The notes beneath the pieces are model-generated. The model ran no database searches, was not told the DNA's origin, and saw nothing but the letters and a program-made list of their open reading frames with translations. Source: Chiloscyllium plagiosum (lineage: Eukaryota). Taken from it: a stretch of DNA of 47,578 nt. Below, piece after piece: positions 12,870-25,350 of the stretch (positions are counted from its first letter, which is position 1; each line of letters opens with the position of its first letter). Where the stretch lies: NCBI RefSeq assembly GCF_004010195.1, contig NC_057718.1:16134420-16181997 (forward strand), read 5' to 3'. The position numbers and the translations under genes were made by a program.

Positions 12870-13518
12870 GGTTCTGGATTGAGCATGGACATGATAGTCT
12901 GTGCATGGCAGAGCATGACAGCGAACCTAGCGTGACGGTGACAGAGGTATCTGTGGCAGTGGCAAGAGCAGCAGCTTGAGGTCTTCCGACATCTGTGAGG
13001 GAGAGCGAGCCCGAATTGGAAGAGATTGGGCCCAGCATGGAGGAGATTGAACCCTGCAAGCCAGCATGGCTAAGCACTTAAAAGTTCAACATTACAATCT
13101 TTTTTAAGTTTATTTCTTTATTTTTCTACTTTATACTAAGAAACACTTTAAATGTTGAATTTTTTGTTATTTCCTTATGCTTTTCTACTTTTGCAGCTAT
13201 TTGTACCTTGGTATCTTTGTACCTAAGATGGCGCCAGGAATGGCGACATTGTACACGGTACTGGTTTTTCTATTATAACGTGCTTTTCGTTGACACTGAT
13301 TCACTGTAATGTAATTGACGAATTGGGACACTGTTTCTAAAGTGCGAGCTTTTAAAACTTGTGTTGGCTATAATGTAATTACATTGCCAACACTTTAAGC
13401 GTTGTTTCTAAAGCGTGATTCTTCAATAATGAGGAGTTGTACAAGAATGCAACCGTTGCAACTATCTGTACTCCTGCATCCCTGTACTTAAGAATGCATG
13501 ACAATAAATTCTAATTCT
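12870..13518 (+). mobile_element. Non-autonomous retroelement with Rex1-like 3' tail, interrupted by a MITE
   Basis: gtacctaagatggcgcc...tgtac...tgacaataaattctaatt; the tail resembles 46393-46445 and 16800-16900. Confidence 0.5.
13261..13468 (-). mobile_element. Tc1/mariner-pogo (Tigger-like) MITE
   Basis: Flanked by TA on both sides; degenerate TIRs; reverse complement aligns with 23524-23735 (e.g. tttagaaacagtgtc). Confidence 0.7.
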
Positions 13519-13669
13519 GGCTTGATAGATTATATTTTTGTTGCTTTGATTTTAATGTGATTGCTCACTGAAACACAAGCATGTAATGTTTCAAATTTGA
13601 TTTTGAGAATAAAACATTTACCACAAAAGAAATTAAGATAAAATACAATAAGCAAAATTAAAAATAAAG

Positions 13670-13880
13670 TTTGCATAGTCTTACCAGTCTATGGGGCTGT
13701 GCTCTCATTTGAGAAAGAGAGATGATTGTGACGATTTAACCTGAGGGTCACCACATCTCAGAGTAAGAGAAGAGATGGATGCCTTCAAGGTAACCTCAGT
13801 TGGTATGGAAATTGAACCCATACTGTTGATATCACTGCATCACAAACCAGTTGTTCAGCCAACTGAGCCAACCAACCCCC
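13670..13880 (-). mobile_element. tRNA-derived SINE (third family)
   Basis: Minus strand starts GGGGTTGGTTGGCTCAGTTGG (A box), then GGGTTCAATTTC (B box). Confidence 0.7.
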
Positions 13881-14336
13881 ATTTACATATAATTCAAAAT
13901 TTTTAAAATGTCATATGATAAAAGTATAATCTTGTTAAACCCAATAGCACCTCTTTATTGTAGTTATGGCAGAATTCTGTTCTCTATCACTCCTATGGGG
14001 CTTAATATAATGGTGATGTTAAATCCCAGTTGAGAATCTGGGAGCCTTTGGAGTCGTGTAGGCATACAGCATGGAAACCGGCATTCAAACTCGTTCATGC
14101 TGACCAGGTTCCTTAAACTGAATTGCCTGCATTGGTACCACATCCCCCTCACCATTTCCTAATCTCATATGGCAGCAGAATAGGAAGCTCCATCTGGAAC
14201 TCCCCTGCTCCACCTGTTCTTTCCTTTCCTCTCCTCTTAGCAGTCCTGGAGCAGCGAGAGGAAACATGAGTCCTGGAGCGGTGCAGCTGAGTGCCAGTGT
14301 GGAACAGATTGGTGGCTTGGAGTGGAGCAGGACACT

Positions 14337-16049
14337 TAGAGTCCTAGAGATGTACAGCATGGAAACAGATCCTTCGGTCCAACCTGTCCATGCTGACCAG
14401 ATATCCCAACCCAATCTAGTCCCACCTGCCAGCACCCGGCCCATATCCCTCCAAACCCTCCTTATTCATATACCCATCCAAATGCCTCTTAAATGTTGCA
14501 ATTGTATCAGCCTCCACCACATCCTCTGGCAGCTCATTCCATACACGTACCACCGTCTGCATGAAAAAGTTGCCCCTTACGTCTCTTTTATATCTTTCCC
14601 CTCTCACCCTAAACCTATGCCCTCTAGTTCTGGACTCCCCAACCCCAGGGAAAAGACTTTGTCTATTTATCCTATCCATGCCCCTCATAATTTTGTAAAC
14701 CTCTACAAGGTCACCCCTCAGCCTCCGACGCTCCAAGGAAAACAGCCCCAGCCTGTTCAGCCTCTCCCTGTAGCTCAGATCCTCCAACCCTGCAACATCC
14801 TTGTCAATCTTTCCTCAACCCTTTCAAATTTCACAACATCTTTCCGATGGGAAGGAGACCAGAATTGCACGCAATATTCCAACAGTGGCCTAACCAATGT
14901 CCTGTAAGGCCGCAACATGACCTCCCAATTTCTGAACTCAATACTCTGACCAATAAAGGAAAGCATATCAAACGCCGCCTTCACTATCCTATCTACCTGC
15001 GACTCCACTTTCAAGGAGCTATGAACCTGCACTCCAAGGTCTCTTTGTTCAGCAACACTCCCTAGGACCTTACCATTAAGTGTATAGGTCCTGCTAAGAT
15101 TTGCTTTCCTCGCATTTATCTGAATTAAACTCCATCTGCCACTTCTCAGCCTATCTGGTCCAGATCCTGTTGTAATCTGAGGTAACCCTCTTTGCTGTCT
15201 ACTGCACCAATTTTGGTGTCATCTGCAAACTTACTAACTGTACCTCTTATGCTCGCATCCAAATCATTTATGTAAATGAAAAAAGTAGAGTGCCCAGCAC
15301 CAATCCTTGTGGCACTCCACTGGTCACAGGCCTCCAGTCTGAAAAACAACCCTCCAACACCACCCTCTGTCTTCTACCTTTGAGCCAGTTCTGTATCCAA
15401 ATGGCTAGTTCTCTCTGTATTCCATGAGGTCTAACTTTGCTAATCAGTCTCCCATGGGGAACCTTGTCGAACGTCTTACTGAAGTCCATATAGATCAGAT
15501 CTACCGCTCTGCCCTCATCAATCTTCTTTGTTACTTCACCAAAAAACTCAATCAAATTTGTGAGACATGATTTCCCACGCACAAAGCCATGTTGACTCTC
15601 CCGAATTAGTCCTTGCCTTTCCAAATACATGTATATCCTGTCCCTCCGGATTCCCTCCAAAAACTTGCCTACCACCGAGGTCAGGCTCACCGGTTTATAG
15701 TTCCCTGGCTTGTCTTTGCTGCCTTTCTTAAACAGTGGCACCATGTTTGCCAACCTCCAGTCTTTTGGCACCTCACCTGTGACTATCGATGATACAAATA
15801 TCTCAGCAATAGGCCCAGCAATCACTTCTCTAGCTTCCCACAGAGTTCTCGAGTACACCTAATCAGATCCTGGGGATTTATCCACCTTTAACCATTTCAA
15901 GACATCCAGCACTTCCTCCTCTGTAATCTGGACATTTTGCAAGATGTCACCATCTATTTCCCTACATTCTATATCTTCCATATCCTTTTCCACAGTAAAT
16001 ACTGATGCAAAATATTCATTTAGTATCTCCCCCATTTTCTGTGGCTCCA
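14337..16049 (-). mobile_element. CR1 LINE ORF2 (RT) with 3' end
   Basis: ORFs with PKDWRLANMVPLFKKG, QHGFVRGKSCLTNLIEFF, DFSKTFDKVPH, GVPQG, KFADDTK; ctctaggactcta tail. Confidence 0.95.
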
Positions 16050-16620
16050 GTTGTGTTGGGGATTCTGTAGTGAGAGGTACAGACAGATGTTTCTGTGGCT
16101 AGCAGAGAAAAAGCAGAATGGTGTGATTCCCTGGTGCCAGGATCAAGGATGTCTCAGAGAGGGTGCAGAATGTTCTCACTGGCGAGAGGGGCCAGCAGGA
16201 GGTCATTGTTCACATTGGAACCAATGACATTGGAAGGGAAAAGGTTGAGACTCTGAAGGGAGATTACAAAGAGTTAGGTAGAATTTTAAAAAGGAGGTCC
16301 TCAAGGGTAGTAATATCTGGATTACTTCCAGTGCTACGAGCTGGTCAGGGCAGGAATAGGAGGATAGAGTAGATGAATGCATGGCTGAGGAGCTGGTGTA
16401 TGGGAGAAGGATTTGCATTTTTGGATCATTGGAATCTCTTGGGGTAGAAGTGAGCTGTACAAGAAGGATGGATTGCACCTAAATTGGAAGGGGACTAATA
16501 TACTGTCAGGGAAATTTACTAGAACTGCTTGGGAGGATTTAAACTAGTAAGGTGGGGGGATGGTGGGACCCAGGCAGATAGTGAGGAAAGAGATCGATCT
16601 GAGACAGGTACAGCTGAGAA
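16050..16620 (+). mobile_element. CR1 ORF1 SGNH/GDSL esterase segment, inverted relative to the adjacent ORF2
   Basis: GDSVVRG, PGARIKDV, VHIGTND, DGLHLN blocks. Confidence 0.88.
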
Positions 16621-16900
16621 CCTGTTCGTTTGGGACCTTGTGTGGGTGGTCATACAATGTGCTCATTGAGCTGCTGCAATGTCTGTGTGAAATTCTTTAC
16701 CAGACTGTAATGTCAATATTTTAATTGTGTTATAAGCATCTTATTACTGACTGACTTTTGAGACACTAAATAATGCTACTACTTTTCACTTTATTTCTAA
16801 TTTGTATCCAAGATTTGTTCCTATGATGGTGCCATTAAAAGGCAGCCATTGTAAAATCTTTTCACTATACTACTATACTGGAGTACACATGATAATAAAG
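16621..16900 (+). mobile_element. 3' half of a non-autonomous element like 12870-13518 (5' half probably 14170-14336)
   Basis: gttcctatgatggtgcc...cttttcactatac...gtacacatgataataaa tail. Confidence 0.45.
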
Positions 16901-16904
16901 GATA

Positions 16905-17430
16905 TTCTATTCTATCCATGTACCTGTCGATTTTTAAAAATATTACAATTTTACCTGTGTCTATCACTACTTCTGGCAGCTTGTTCCATATATGCACCAC
17001 CCTGTGTTTGAAATCCTTGATCAGGTTCCTTTTAAATCTTTCCCTTCTCATTCTTAAACCTATGCCCTTGAGTTTTGGATTCCCCTTGCTGGGGAAAAAC
17101 GTTGTCTATTCCCTTCATCTATGCCACTCATGATTTCATAAATCTCTATAAGGTCACCCTTCAACTTCCTACGTTCCAGGTTTAAAAAAATAGTCCTACC
17201 CTATCTGGTCTCTCCTTATAACTTTAAACTTCCAGTATTGGTAATGCCAGTATTGGTAATGCCCTTGTAACTCTTTTTGCACCCTTTCCAGTTTAATAAC
17301 ATTCTTCCTATAACAGGTCAATCAGAATTGTACACAGTACTCGGTGTGTAATGTCTTGTAACATGATATCCCAACTCTTGTACTCCTTGCTCTGACCTAT
17401 GAGGTGCATGCCAGACACTACCTTGACCAC
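16905..17430 (-). mobile_element. Old CR1 3' fragment
   Basis: FKHRVVHIWNKLPEVV; cagaattgtacacagtactc (EYCVQF). Confidence 0.75.
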
Positions 17431-17489
17431 CCTGGTCTATCCTGTGACTGACCATAATTTCTCAGCTTCAGATAATAACTTAACAGTTT

Positions 17490-18880
17490 TCATAAGTTCA
17501 TAAGATATCTGAGCAGAATTAGGCCATTCGACCCATCGGCTCTGATCCGCCTTTCGATCATGGCTAATATGCTCCTCATCCCCGTTCTTCTGCCTTCTCC
17601 CCATAACCGTTCAACTCATGACCAATTAAAAATCTGTGGAACTTGTCTTTAAATTTACTCACTGTCCCAGCAGCCACTGCACTTTGGGTAGCAAATTCCT
17701 CAGATTCACAACCCTCTGGGAGAAGTAGTTTCTCCTCAACTCTGTTTTAAATTTGCAATCCCTTATCCTAGGATTATGACCTCTCGTCCTGGAATGCCCC
17801 ACAAGCGGAAGCATCCACTCCATGTCTATTTTATCCATACCTTTTATCACCTTGAATACCTCAATTTGATCTCCCCTCATTCTTCTAAATTCCAAGAGTA
17901 TAGACCTGAACTGTTCAAATCTCTAATCATATGACAAACCCCTCATCTCTGGGATCAATGTAGTTAATGTCCTCTGAACTGCATCCAACACTACTACATC
18001 TTTCCTCAAATAAGAGGAGCAAAACTGTGCACAGTACTCCAGGTGTGGCCTCACCAATGCCTTGTATAGTTGCAACAATACTTCCTTATCTTTATATACT
18101 ATTCCTTTAGTTATAAAAGCCCACATTCCATTTGCTTTCTTTATTATCTGCTGTGCCAACAAGCTAGTTTTATGACTCATGAATGAGGACACCCAGATCT
18201 CTCTGTCCCAGAGCATCCCGAAATGTCATCTCATTTAGATAATAGGTGACCTGCCTATTTTTCCGACCAAAATACATAACCTCACACTTATCCAAGTTGA
18301 ATGCCATCTATCACATTTTGGCCCACTCTCCTAACCTATCCATATCCATTTGTAAGGTTTATATTTCCTCATAGCTTAAAAATGTGTTGCTGGAAAAGCG
18401 CAGCAGGTCAGGCAGCATCAAAGGAGAATTGACGTTTCGGGCATGCTGCCTGACCTGCGCTTTTCCAGCAACACATTTTTAAGCTCTGATCCCCAGCATC
18501 TGTAGTCCTCACTTTCCCCTTATATTTCCTCATGACAAGTTACCGTCCTGCCTATTTTTGTATCATCTGCAAACTTGGCTATAGAGCCTTCTACCTCTGT
18601 ATCCCAAGTTAGTAATGTAGATTGTAACAAGTTGGGGCCCAAGGACCAAACCCTATGGAATCCCACAAGCTACTACTTGCCATCCAGAGGGAAAAATCCC
18701 ATTTATTGTCACTGTTTTCTGTCCATCGGCCAGTCACCTCTCCAAGCTAATAAATTACCCCAATCCCATATGATCCAACGTTGTGAATTAACCTTTTGTG
18801 TGGAAGTCCAGATATATTATGTCTACAGGATCCCCATTATCCACTTTGCTTGTTATCAAATGATTACAAGCAAAGTGTGT
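17490..18880 (-). mobile_element. CR1 LINE 3' portion
   Basis: LYKALVRPHLEYCAQF, RRMRGDQIEVFK, YFSQRVVNL, KFADDTK at ~18560; cttatgaacttatg tail. Confidence 0.88.
18373..18519. mobile_element. Palindromic PLE-terminus mini-element with 14-bp target-site duplication
   Basis: Inverted arms agcttaaaaatgtgttgctggaaaagcgcag / ctgcgcttttccagcaacacatttttaagct; TTATATTTCCTCAT at 18359-18372 and 18520-18533. Confidence 0.88.
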
Positions 18881-20147
18881 AGGTGACTGGCTGATGGACA
18901 GAAGACCGGATAAATGTTTTCTTTTACTAAACTCTTTATACTGAAGTAATCTATTTCTTCACAATTCAGAATACCTCCCTTTTCTTCTCAGCCAATATCC
19001 TGTGCAAACTGCCCAACTTACATCCAAAAGCTTTTTCTCTCCCAAGCTATAGATGTTTCTCCTGAGATCCGCCAAAATTCAGAATCTTCTACCTGACAAC
19101 TACAATGTTTACTTATTCTACTTGTAAATAATTCTACTTGGCGGAGGAAAAGGTGTGGGGGATTATGCCGATGTAGCTGCCGAAGGGAGACTGTTCCACT
19201 TACCTTACAAGAAGCAAGACATAGCTTGGACCCATGCGGTTGCTGGCACTAACAGCCAATTTGAATGATTTTCTATAATTAGACACAGCTAAACCCAGTG
19301 CAGTTGCCTGCACAACTTTCAAGTTTTCAAAGGCACTTTGACACAGTGGCGTCATTCAAATGTTCTGCCTTTTCTGACAGATTTTCAAGTTTGCAAAAGG
19401 TGCAATAACAGTGCTGAGGTTCAGGACAAACTTGTGGGAGAAACCAATCATGCCAAAATATTTCATGGTTTGTATTAGGGAAAATCCCTCTGTGCTACTT
19501 GGCTTTGTGGCAGTGTTGCTCAAATAAGTCACCTTGGCCTTGGCAAATTCTCTTTTTAGTTAGCTATATAATCAAATTAGCTTTCTGTAACCAACCAAGT
19601 AACTCAGTGTAAATTTTATTCCCAGGTTTGGCTAAAATCAACAAAATAGTTGATGTGAACAACAATTACATTGCCAATCGATTATTAATTTATTGATTAA
19701 TCATTGGAAAATGCACCAGCAACATTCAGAACAGCATGTCTTTGTATCTGTACATACAAAAGCTAATATTTCTTTAGATCTGACAATCAGAGGATCTTGC
19801 CAGTATCCTTTTAACAAGTTGATTTTTGTGACAAATCATGCTTGTCCTGTTCATTCAATGCAGTCCTCCTGTCTGACCATAAGTCTTGTATTGCTAACCT
19901 CATTAACATTGCAATAATCAATTCAGAATTTTTGTGACTCATCCAGTTTCAGCACTATCATGATATGTGAGCTTCAGCTACAAGACCCAGTTTAACAATG
20001 TTCTGTTCTTCATGAACTCAATCTCTTAGTTCACTTGAGCTAATCTCTCTCGATTGAGGTCTGTGCTGATGTTTTCTAGGTAACATTCCCTATATTAGCA
20101 TCCTGAACAGATAAAACTGTTTATCCTGGTTTATTCCTACAATAGGA

Positions 20148-20543
20148 GAGGTGATGGTGCAATGGTATTATTGCTGTCACTAGTAATCCAGTCATTCTGG
20201 TTCAAATCCCATCATGGCAAATTGTGGAATTTGAATTCAATCAAAGAAAAATTCTGCAATTAAAAATCTAACGATGAGCAGGAATCATTGTTGATTGTTG
20301 TCTTCAAAACAATATCTGGTTCACAGATGTCCCCTTTTAGAAAGGGAAACTTTTCTCCTACCTGAGTTACACATGAATCCAGACCCACCAATGTGTTTGA
20401 TTCTTGACCCTCTCTGAATTGGCCTAATAAGCCATTAAGTTAAATCAATTGCTCAGTGCTACACACTTTTGAGGGCAGTTAAAAATAGACAATAAATGCT
20501 AGCCCAGTCAGCAGCACCCATGTCCCATGAATGAATAAAGAAA
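20148..20543 (+). mobile_element. tRNA-derived SINE, near full length (second family)
   Basis: TGGTGCAATGG A-box-like, GGTTCAAATCC B box, 3' end aataaatgctagcc...cccatgaatgaataaa resembling the LINE tail near 2170-2205. Confidence 0.75.
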
Positions 20544-23523
20544 ATGGATTTTTCTGTAATAGGCTTTATAAGTCACTTTGGTAGTTTTCTAGAGATAAAA
20601 CATAATGGTATCTAACCTTACAAGCACCTCCGTGTTTTCCAATCTAATTGGAAGAGAGTCAACTTTTGCATTTTTAATTTCTTGATTCTGTCTCTGATGC
20701 ATGTATTTCACTCCCTACTTCTTTCACTCCTATAATACACATTTTCTCCTGTCATAATGTATTTTCAACATGTTATTATGACATGCTCACTGATTCACTC
20801 TCCTATATGGGGTAATCACTACCTAATTCACATGGCGTTTATTTAATTTGATAAGGTTTTTTCATGGTTTCCCAAATGTAAGTAACAACACTAACAACTT
20901 GTCTTCAGCAACAACATTTCAAATATTGGCCTTTTTAATCTACTCCAGTGTTCATTGTTTGTTATGCATCCTTCAAAAGCTCTTTAGCCAGCTCTTGCAC
21001 TTTGATCACTTTCTCTCAAAAAGCTGAAATGTAGGTTGAAAGCGTAGTCTAAGTTTCAGTTTATCAATTTCTCTTTAATCAATTCAGGTGGTTCTTTCAT
21101 CTGATGTCCAGATATTAGTTCAAAAGGACTAAATCTTGTGGACCCGTTAGGGCAGTTCCTTATAGCAATATTAACAAAGGAATTTCCTCATCTAAAGCAT
21201 TAGGACATTTTGGCAATAGGGCTCTAATCATCATCTTTAGCTTAGTGCCACTTCTTCATTACTGTTGAGATTGTAGGTGATAAGCAGAAGATGCAAATTG
21301 TTTTATTTCCAAAATTGTTTTCATTTCTTTGAATGTTTGCAACATACTGCCAAGCCTAGGTTCAAATTTTATTTCTTTGAGTAATCTATACCTTGTTTCT
21401 ATAAAAACATTCAGCTAACTTTTCTATTACCATTTTCTCAATAATTTTCCCTAAAGTCTTTGCTTCAGAAAGTCTTGTTGAATCAGCCATAATAGTTAAC
21501 AGGTACTGGTTCCCATTCCTTGTTTTAGGTGGGTTCCTACTCAGTTTATTAAGACCCTGTCAAACTCCGAAAGCTGGAACTGGAATTTCAGGCCCAGGTT
21601 TAATAGAGTGTTGGGGGGTTTCCTCATTTTTCTGGTAAAATCTGACTGCATCTTTGTGATCCTGGCCAATGAGAATGCTTTAATAGTTTAGCCTGTTTTC
21701 TTAATACCTTAGTGTTACCTCAGTATATTTTTGTCAGGAATTTATTTAGCTGCTTGTAAAACTTCATTTGGATACTTTGGTGGAATTGTCATTTTGGACC
21801 ACTGTCCATTCCTGTTTTGGCTGGTATTTGAGGTGATCTTTATTCCCTCATTAGTACTCTGTTTCCCAAGTAATAAGACTTGACTATTGTTTCTGGTTCA
21901 GTCTCTCAGTAGGCTGTTTGTTCTGACTTTTTCCAATTCCAAGTCTATTGTATTTCTATTAAAGATGAGCTGAACAAGTGTCATTCTCTTTGCCTTCATC
22001 ATTCCTCCTTAGTTAAATTTTTAAAACAATAACAGAATATCCATATCTTCTCTCTGTTGCACTAATTCCTTTTCTTCCCCTCTAATTATATGGGCCTAAG
22101 AGCTAATCACAACATTGTCAGGAAACAATTCAAAATGTTCCTCTTGTAACATTTCAATCTCTTTTACTTCCACTGGTGTTAACAATCATAGTGAAGACAT
22201 ACTTTTGAACCTGCCACTTAATTTCCCAAAATAAAGTAGATTCCTTCTATAGGAATTTGTTTCATTACTCCCACTACACTTGCCCATTAACTAAGTCACT
22301 CTTTAATACAGCTCAATATAATGAGACTGGCTTGTAACTTTCACATATACAGTACTTCTGATATTTTTTCGTTTATTGATACCTCTGGATGACAAATAGC
22401 ATCAGCCAGCGTCAGTGAGTAACTTGCCCCAGTGTGTATTTTCCCATTGCTTCACCTTCTTGATTGAAGCGTGAGGAAATACCCTCTGTTTCAAATACTC
22501 AGGTTAACAGTGCCTAATCTTTTACTGTCAATAAATAATTTTCATGACTGTTCTGAAACATTTCTTCTTGGTACATTCCAATGAAGCACGTTTGTTTTGT
22601 ACTATTCATTTTAATACCTACTTTCTTTCTTGATAACCCCTTTCTGAAACATTCTTGTACATTCCTGTTGTTACAATTGGTCTCCAATTTAACTTCCAAC
22701 AATTGACTTTGGTATGTCCAATCTTGTTACAGTGGAAGTGTGTTAACTTGTTTACCACTTTTTGGTCCTCTCTCCTTTATAACTCTGTTTGTTCTCTGAA
22801 ACTAACACTATTTGGATCTGCAGATTTTCTGTTTCTCTAATTTATTTCTGACTGTTTTTCTACTTGAAATTGTCTGTAAAAGATGCCGTGATTGTCTGCC
22901 AGAACTACTGCTGTCTCTCTGATCCTGAATGTTTGATGCTCATCTTTAAGCATTTTAATTTTACAAGAATTCTATTTCTGAATTCTTCCATGATGATATT
23001 TCCCTTACATCCTCAAAGTTTCAACTAAATAGAGTTACTGATCCCACGGATTTCTTTGTCATTTGCATATTTTACAAATGTCTGATTAGGTTTATTTATT
23101 GTCCTAAATTTCAATAGGTATACTTCAGGCACAAGCTTATAAGCATTGACTGCTGCCTGTTTGACAGTTCTGAACTCTGGAAATTGCCAGTTTGTCAGAG
23201 GGACATACACAGTTATAGCTGTACTTGCCAAAACACATTAACATTAAGGACCAAACCTTTGTCAGCCACTTCATCTGTCTGGCTAACCTGACAAAAGAGG
23301 TAAAATATCTTTCAAATTCATCCTCAGTAATTTTAGGCACTAAATATATTTTATCTTCGTAAATCATCTTTTGAGCTAATAACGCCTCCCTCCCCCTTTG
23401 CTCTAAGTTTTTCTTGGGCCAGCTCCTGTTCTTTATGTTACCTATTTTTCTTCAAGTTCAAGTTTTTAAAATTCCATCTCCCTCTACGTTTTCCTCAATT
23501 TCCTCCTTTTCCATTGTCTTGTA

Positions 23524-23735
23524 CAGGTAGTTCTTCTGATGGTTGTGTTCTTGTGCAACTCTGTGTTATAGAAAAATGACGTTTTGGTAACAGCACTTAA
23601 AGTAATGGTGATCTAATCCCATTATAGTCAATACACATTTTAAAAATTCACGTTTTAGAAACAGTGTCTCCATTATGACAATTGCGTTATGGAAAATTTG
23701 CATTAATGAAATGTGCGTTATAGCAGAACGACCTG
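23524..23735 (+). mobile_element. Tc1/mariner-pogo (Tigger-like) MITE, 212 bp
   Basis: TA|CAGGTAGTTCT...AGAACGACCTG|TA: 11-bp TIR with one mismatch and TA duplication. Confidence 0.85.
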
Positions 23736-24148
23736 TACTTATTTGTTCTCCTTAGTTTCCATCTTTCCCCGTTTTAACTCCTTTCCAATTCAAGTTTTCT
23801 TAACTCTATGTTCGTAACATTCTGTTTTTCTTTAAAGTCATCTTTTCAGTCCTAACAGTTTCTTAGCAAATTCCATTTATGACCTTAATTTCAAGTTTCC
23901 TTTCTCCTAATTGTCAGGATTGGATAATCACTTTAAGATTCTTATCCTTGCAAGATCCTGATTTTACTACTACTTTTAATTTATTTGCTAACTCGCTCAA
24001 TTTAAGTTTAGTTAAGGATTTTAAATATTATGCCTTAGCAGCATTCAAAATCATCTTCAAATACACTACACAAATCAGCTGCTTTGTCCATAATCACTAC
24101 ATACCTCTTAATCCAGTGAATTTAGAAATCCTGTTAAGAGCCCTCATT

Positions 24149-25013
24149 TGTTAAGATCCAAGCTGATGTTATTGGGCAAGTCAGATCTCAGACTGAAATC
24201 TGACTCAATAGATCATGTTTTGCTTTCGTTTTTAATGAGTTGATCTGTTGCTGAAACATAAACACACAATGTTGCAGATTCTGTTTGAAGAATGAAACAA
24301 GTTTATTACGCAAATGAAATGAAGATGAAGAATAAAACAAACTATTTACATATAACAGACATTTAAAAATCTTGAAATACATGATAAAAATATTATACAT
24401 TAATCTCAAAAACACCCCTTTTCAGTGCTCACGCGAGAGAGAATTCCTTTCTCTACCACCCCTATGTTTGGCTTATTTTTAACTGAGGCTTCAATTGTCA
24501 TTCTTAGGAATTGGATTGCCTTTTAGTGCGGCTGACATACAAACAAACTTGAACTTCCTTAGCTTCAAATAGTCCATTCAGGATTTTAACCAAATACTTC
24601 TGGTCTGGAACTTTTAGTAAACTCTTTACACTAAATTAATCTATTTCTTAACAGCTCTAACTTTTGTTCTCAAAAGCCAAGTCTCTGCAAAGCTGTTCAA
24701 CTGAAACTAAAGCATTTTACTCCCAAGATGTGGGTGATTTCCTACAGCCCCTGAAAAATTTCAAAATCTTGTATCTGAAATCTTAATACACTACAGTGTT
24801 TACTTTGTAAGTTCTCCTTATGTAAGAAAATTCCCATAAGCATGCAAAACTATCAGGCTGCTTTTATAAACCTCACCAAGGCTACAAATGTACTTGCAAT
24901 TTAATCATTCAACCCCTTCAGACACTAAAGCTGTATGCCACTAGTTCAAATTATGAAATCCAAACTCTCAGATAACTTATAATAAGGCATAAGAATGTAA
25001 AAATTGCATCACA
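24149..25013 (-). repeat. Putative 5' LTR of the Gmr1-like element
   Basis: Minus strand TGTGATG...TTAACA followed by aaTGAGGGCTCTTAACAGGAT (cf. TGGGGGCTCGTCCGGGAT); the 25013 boundary is tentative. Confidence 0.5.
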
Positions 25014-25162
25014 ATTATTTATAAATTGCATTTGGTTTGGTATTGCGATTTTAAAAAAATCTGAAAAAAACCCTGAGACTTTCCATTTCATTTAAGCATG
25101 GAAATGTCGCATTTTCTGATTTGTATTCAATAACTTGTGAATGAGTGATGTATCATTTTTAT

Positions 25163-25350
25163 TGAAAGCAAAATACAGCAGTTGCTGGAAAACTGAAATA
25201 AAAACAGAAAATGCTAGCGAAACGTAGCACCTTTGAAAAGAAGCAATTAATGTTTCTTTTGAATGAGGGTCAAATTGGACTTGAAACTTTAACTGCTTCT
25301 CTTGAAAATAGGTGCTGCCAGAACTGTTGTTATTTCTACCTCATTTTTAT
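25163..25350. mobile_element. Old PLE-terminus relic
   Basis: aaatacagcagttgctggaaaactgaaataaaaacagaaaatgct...tgaatgagggtcaaattggacttgaaactttaac...tgctgccaga. Confidence 0.5.

Larger units (their letters stand above)
20640..25013 (-). mobile_element. Degenerate Gmr1-like Gypsy LTR retrotransposon: LTR-PBS-gag-PR-IN, RT not seen
   Basis: gag LVPKITEDEFERYFTSF...KW and AYKLVPEVY..KFR; zinc knuckle FHCNKIGHTKVNCW at ~22700-22740; decayed protease HTGAS at ~22430; integrase KTRNGNQYLLTIMADSTRLSEA at ~21460-21530 and SAYHLQSQ at ~21270-21290; tRNA-Pro-like PBS at 24127-24147. Confidence 0.8.

Noticed and set aside
14266..14907. 213-aa plus-strand ORF
   Set aside because: Antisense to the CR1 3' end; no independent protein signature
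16050..16550. Host GDSL/SGNH esterase gene
   Set aside because: It is the esterase domain of CR1 ORF1, with stops and frameshifts
17232..17262. 15-bp tandem duplication ccagtattggtaatg
   Set aside because: Ordinary slippage within an old CR1
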